DNA of 64,000 bases from the NCBI GenBank assembly GCA_040437565.1, contig JBDOQK010000013.1:124001-188000 (forward strand). The letters are read 5' to 3'. The stretch's first letter is position 1, and every line of letters starts with the position of its first letter. Positions 62,160 through 64,000 of this stretch are shown here, in pieces. The DNA is from Albugo candida. Its lineage: Eukaryota. A model generated the notes under the pieces. It was not told the origin of the DNA and ran no database searches. It saw nothing but the letters and a program-made list of their open reading frames with translations. Position numbers and translations under genes: made by a program.

Positions 62160-62713
62160 AGTGCTTCTACTGATGCGGCTATCGTGCAGATGCAATCGTG
62201 GAAACTTGTATCGGATCCCGATTCATCTGTCGTGCCTACAATCAGACACGTCCTCACCAAGGTAAACTGCAAAGATCCGAGTGAAGATGCCATATTAGAA
62301 ACACAAATTCTTCGGCAGAGTGCAGTGGCGATCTCACACTACCTTGAGTGTGACCAGCGTCCACATTTGTATGCTATTTTAGCGGATCTTCTCTGCTGCA
62401 AAGACATGTCTGTCCGACAGCTAACTGAGAAATCGATTATGAATTTGTATACCCGTGGATTTACAAAACTCGCTATTGGTTTGATGAATGGACTCGTCGA
62501 GAAAGTTAGTAGATTCAATCCCCCTAGCTTTCAGCCATGCAGTGGTGTCTGGAGACACGCGCTTCGTGTGATTGTCCCAGGTTCAGAAAATGAAATGTCT
62601 GACGATACGCGAGCACGTATATTCGCTTCTGTCATGTTTGTATCGCATCATCCTCTCTTAATGGGTGGTAAGTCGCTCAGAAATTATGGAAAAGAGTGGA
62701 AGTATATTTGCAA
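62160..62713 (+). pseudogene. GCN1: Internal GCN1 fragment (5'-truncated duplicate that continues past the first copy)
   Basis: 62160-62415 matches 46340-46595 with 6 substitutions, then continues in frame to FVSHHPLL..EWKYIC. The upstream sequence is unrelated. Confidence 0.65.
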
Positions 62714-62812
62714 NNNNNNNNNNNNNNNNNNNNNNNNNNNNNNNNNNNNNNNNNNNNNNNNNNNNNNNNNNNNNNNNNNNNNNNNNNNNNNNNNNNNNNN
62801 NNNNNNNNNNNN

Positions 62813-63140
62813 NGTGCTCTCGAGCAATCGCAAATTGTTTTCGCAATATGGTTCCTTTCTCTGAATCGGCGTCTTCAAATATCTGTTTGATCGGACGAAT
62901 AAACGATCGACCGCCTTTATAGGCTTTTGATCCCGCGGAATGAATGCTTTCTCGCGTGAATTGTACGACATTTTTGACTTCTTCCGTTGTGTGCGCATAC
63001 ATTTTCTGACTTGCTTCAACACTATCGTTCACAGCGCTTCGTATTGGTGCCACATGCGATGCCACATTCGTTCCTGCCACAGAATTCTTCTCGGGAATGG
63101 ACGGAGAAGAGGGAGTTGTTTGCTCGGAATTCGACGGCAT
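62813..63140 (-). CDS. Hypothetical protein, N-terminal part (cut by gap)
   Basis: Open frame MPSNSEQTTP...FAIAREH with a CCAAT box at 63165-63171. Confidence 0.5.
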
Positions 63141-64000
63141 TTTATCTGGCAGAATAAGCCACGCTGATTGGATAGAAAGCGGCGCTTCTTGAAACAGAAC
63201 GCGGGAATATGGTCATAACGGAAGCAAACAGAAGCAACTCTTTGACGTATGTGCGTCAAATCATCGCTTACAAATTCGATAAACAAACTTAATTGTTCGA
63301 ATTGCCGCTTACAAAAAAACGCGACGCATAAAGCATCAGATGAAAGCCAATGGGCGATGCGAACGCTATGCTATTTACTATTGCATAAAGCATTGGTGGA
63401 GCTTATCTCACAGGATCAGAGGCAACGCTTTATAAAAATGCTCACGCAACTCACAGATGCCCCTTTCTTGCGATGTATCCACACTCATCTATTACTAATA
63501 CTCTTTTTGATTCGCTGTGCTGTGAATGAGTTCAAGCTATCAGTTTGGTGCCTCACGACACAAAACCTATGTCTTTCNNNNNNNNNNNNNNNNNNNNNNN
63601 NNNNNNNNNNNNNNNNNNNNNNNNNNNNNNNNNNNNNNNNNNNNNNNNNNNNNNNNNNNNNNNNNNNNNNNNNNNNNTTTGGTGCCTCACGACACAAAAC
63701 CTATGTCTTTCTGTATTGGTAAATTGACTTGATTCATGCGCTAGCATGAGCACTCGCACGCGTCTTCTGTACGGATAGCGGTATGCTGCTCGATGAACTG
63801 TAGCGTCTCATTCGTAGTGACATTTCCGATCCTTAAAATCTTCATTCAATGTGCATAAAGTCATCAATTAGAATCAATCGCACAACCTTTTGTGTGCATC
63901 TGTGTGTCATTTGGAGAAGTGGACGTCGAAAGAAGAGTTTTATCGACCAGGCCACGTTTCAGCTGTTCTTTCCTATGCTTCACTCTCTGTTATAAAATGA

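Overview
Eukaryotic draft scaffold, most likely an oomycete and probably Albugo-like. This is inferred from a GPCR-PIP kinase fusion, ~45-65 nt introns, very short intergenic spacers and oomycete-type CCAAT and INR/FPR promoter motifs. Bases 1-46.6 kb are a dense housekeeping block of about 22 genes: VPS54, cyclin B, URG1/URC1-like GTP cyclohydrolase II, AP3-mu, ADSL, anoctamin, Chibby-like, PDI, MED14, eEF1Bgamma, GPCR-PIPK, UXS, PP2C, TTC38-like, RTF2, MTHFR, WDR83, G3BP, BUB1, the 5' part of GCN1, and two orphan membrane proteins. Bases 46.7-62.7 kb are a repeat-rich accessory block. It holds three Mutator-type elements, two of them stacked head-to-tail on the same 9-bp target with a Copia LTR element nested in one. 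It also holds a pseudogenised secreted-protein gene, an intact orphan Cys-containing secreted protein (candidate effector) and a diverged duplicate GCN1 fragment. Many 100-N gaps are flanked by duplicated sequence, which I read as unmerged contig overlaps. All calls come from manual reading with no database searches; exon boundaries are hand-inferred.
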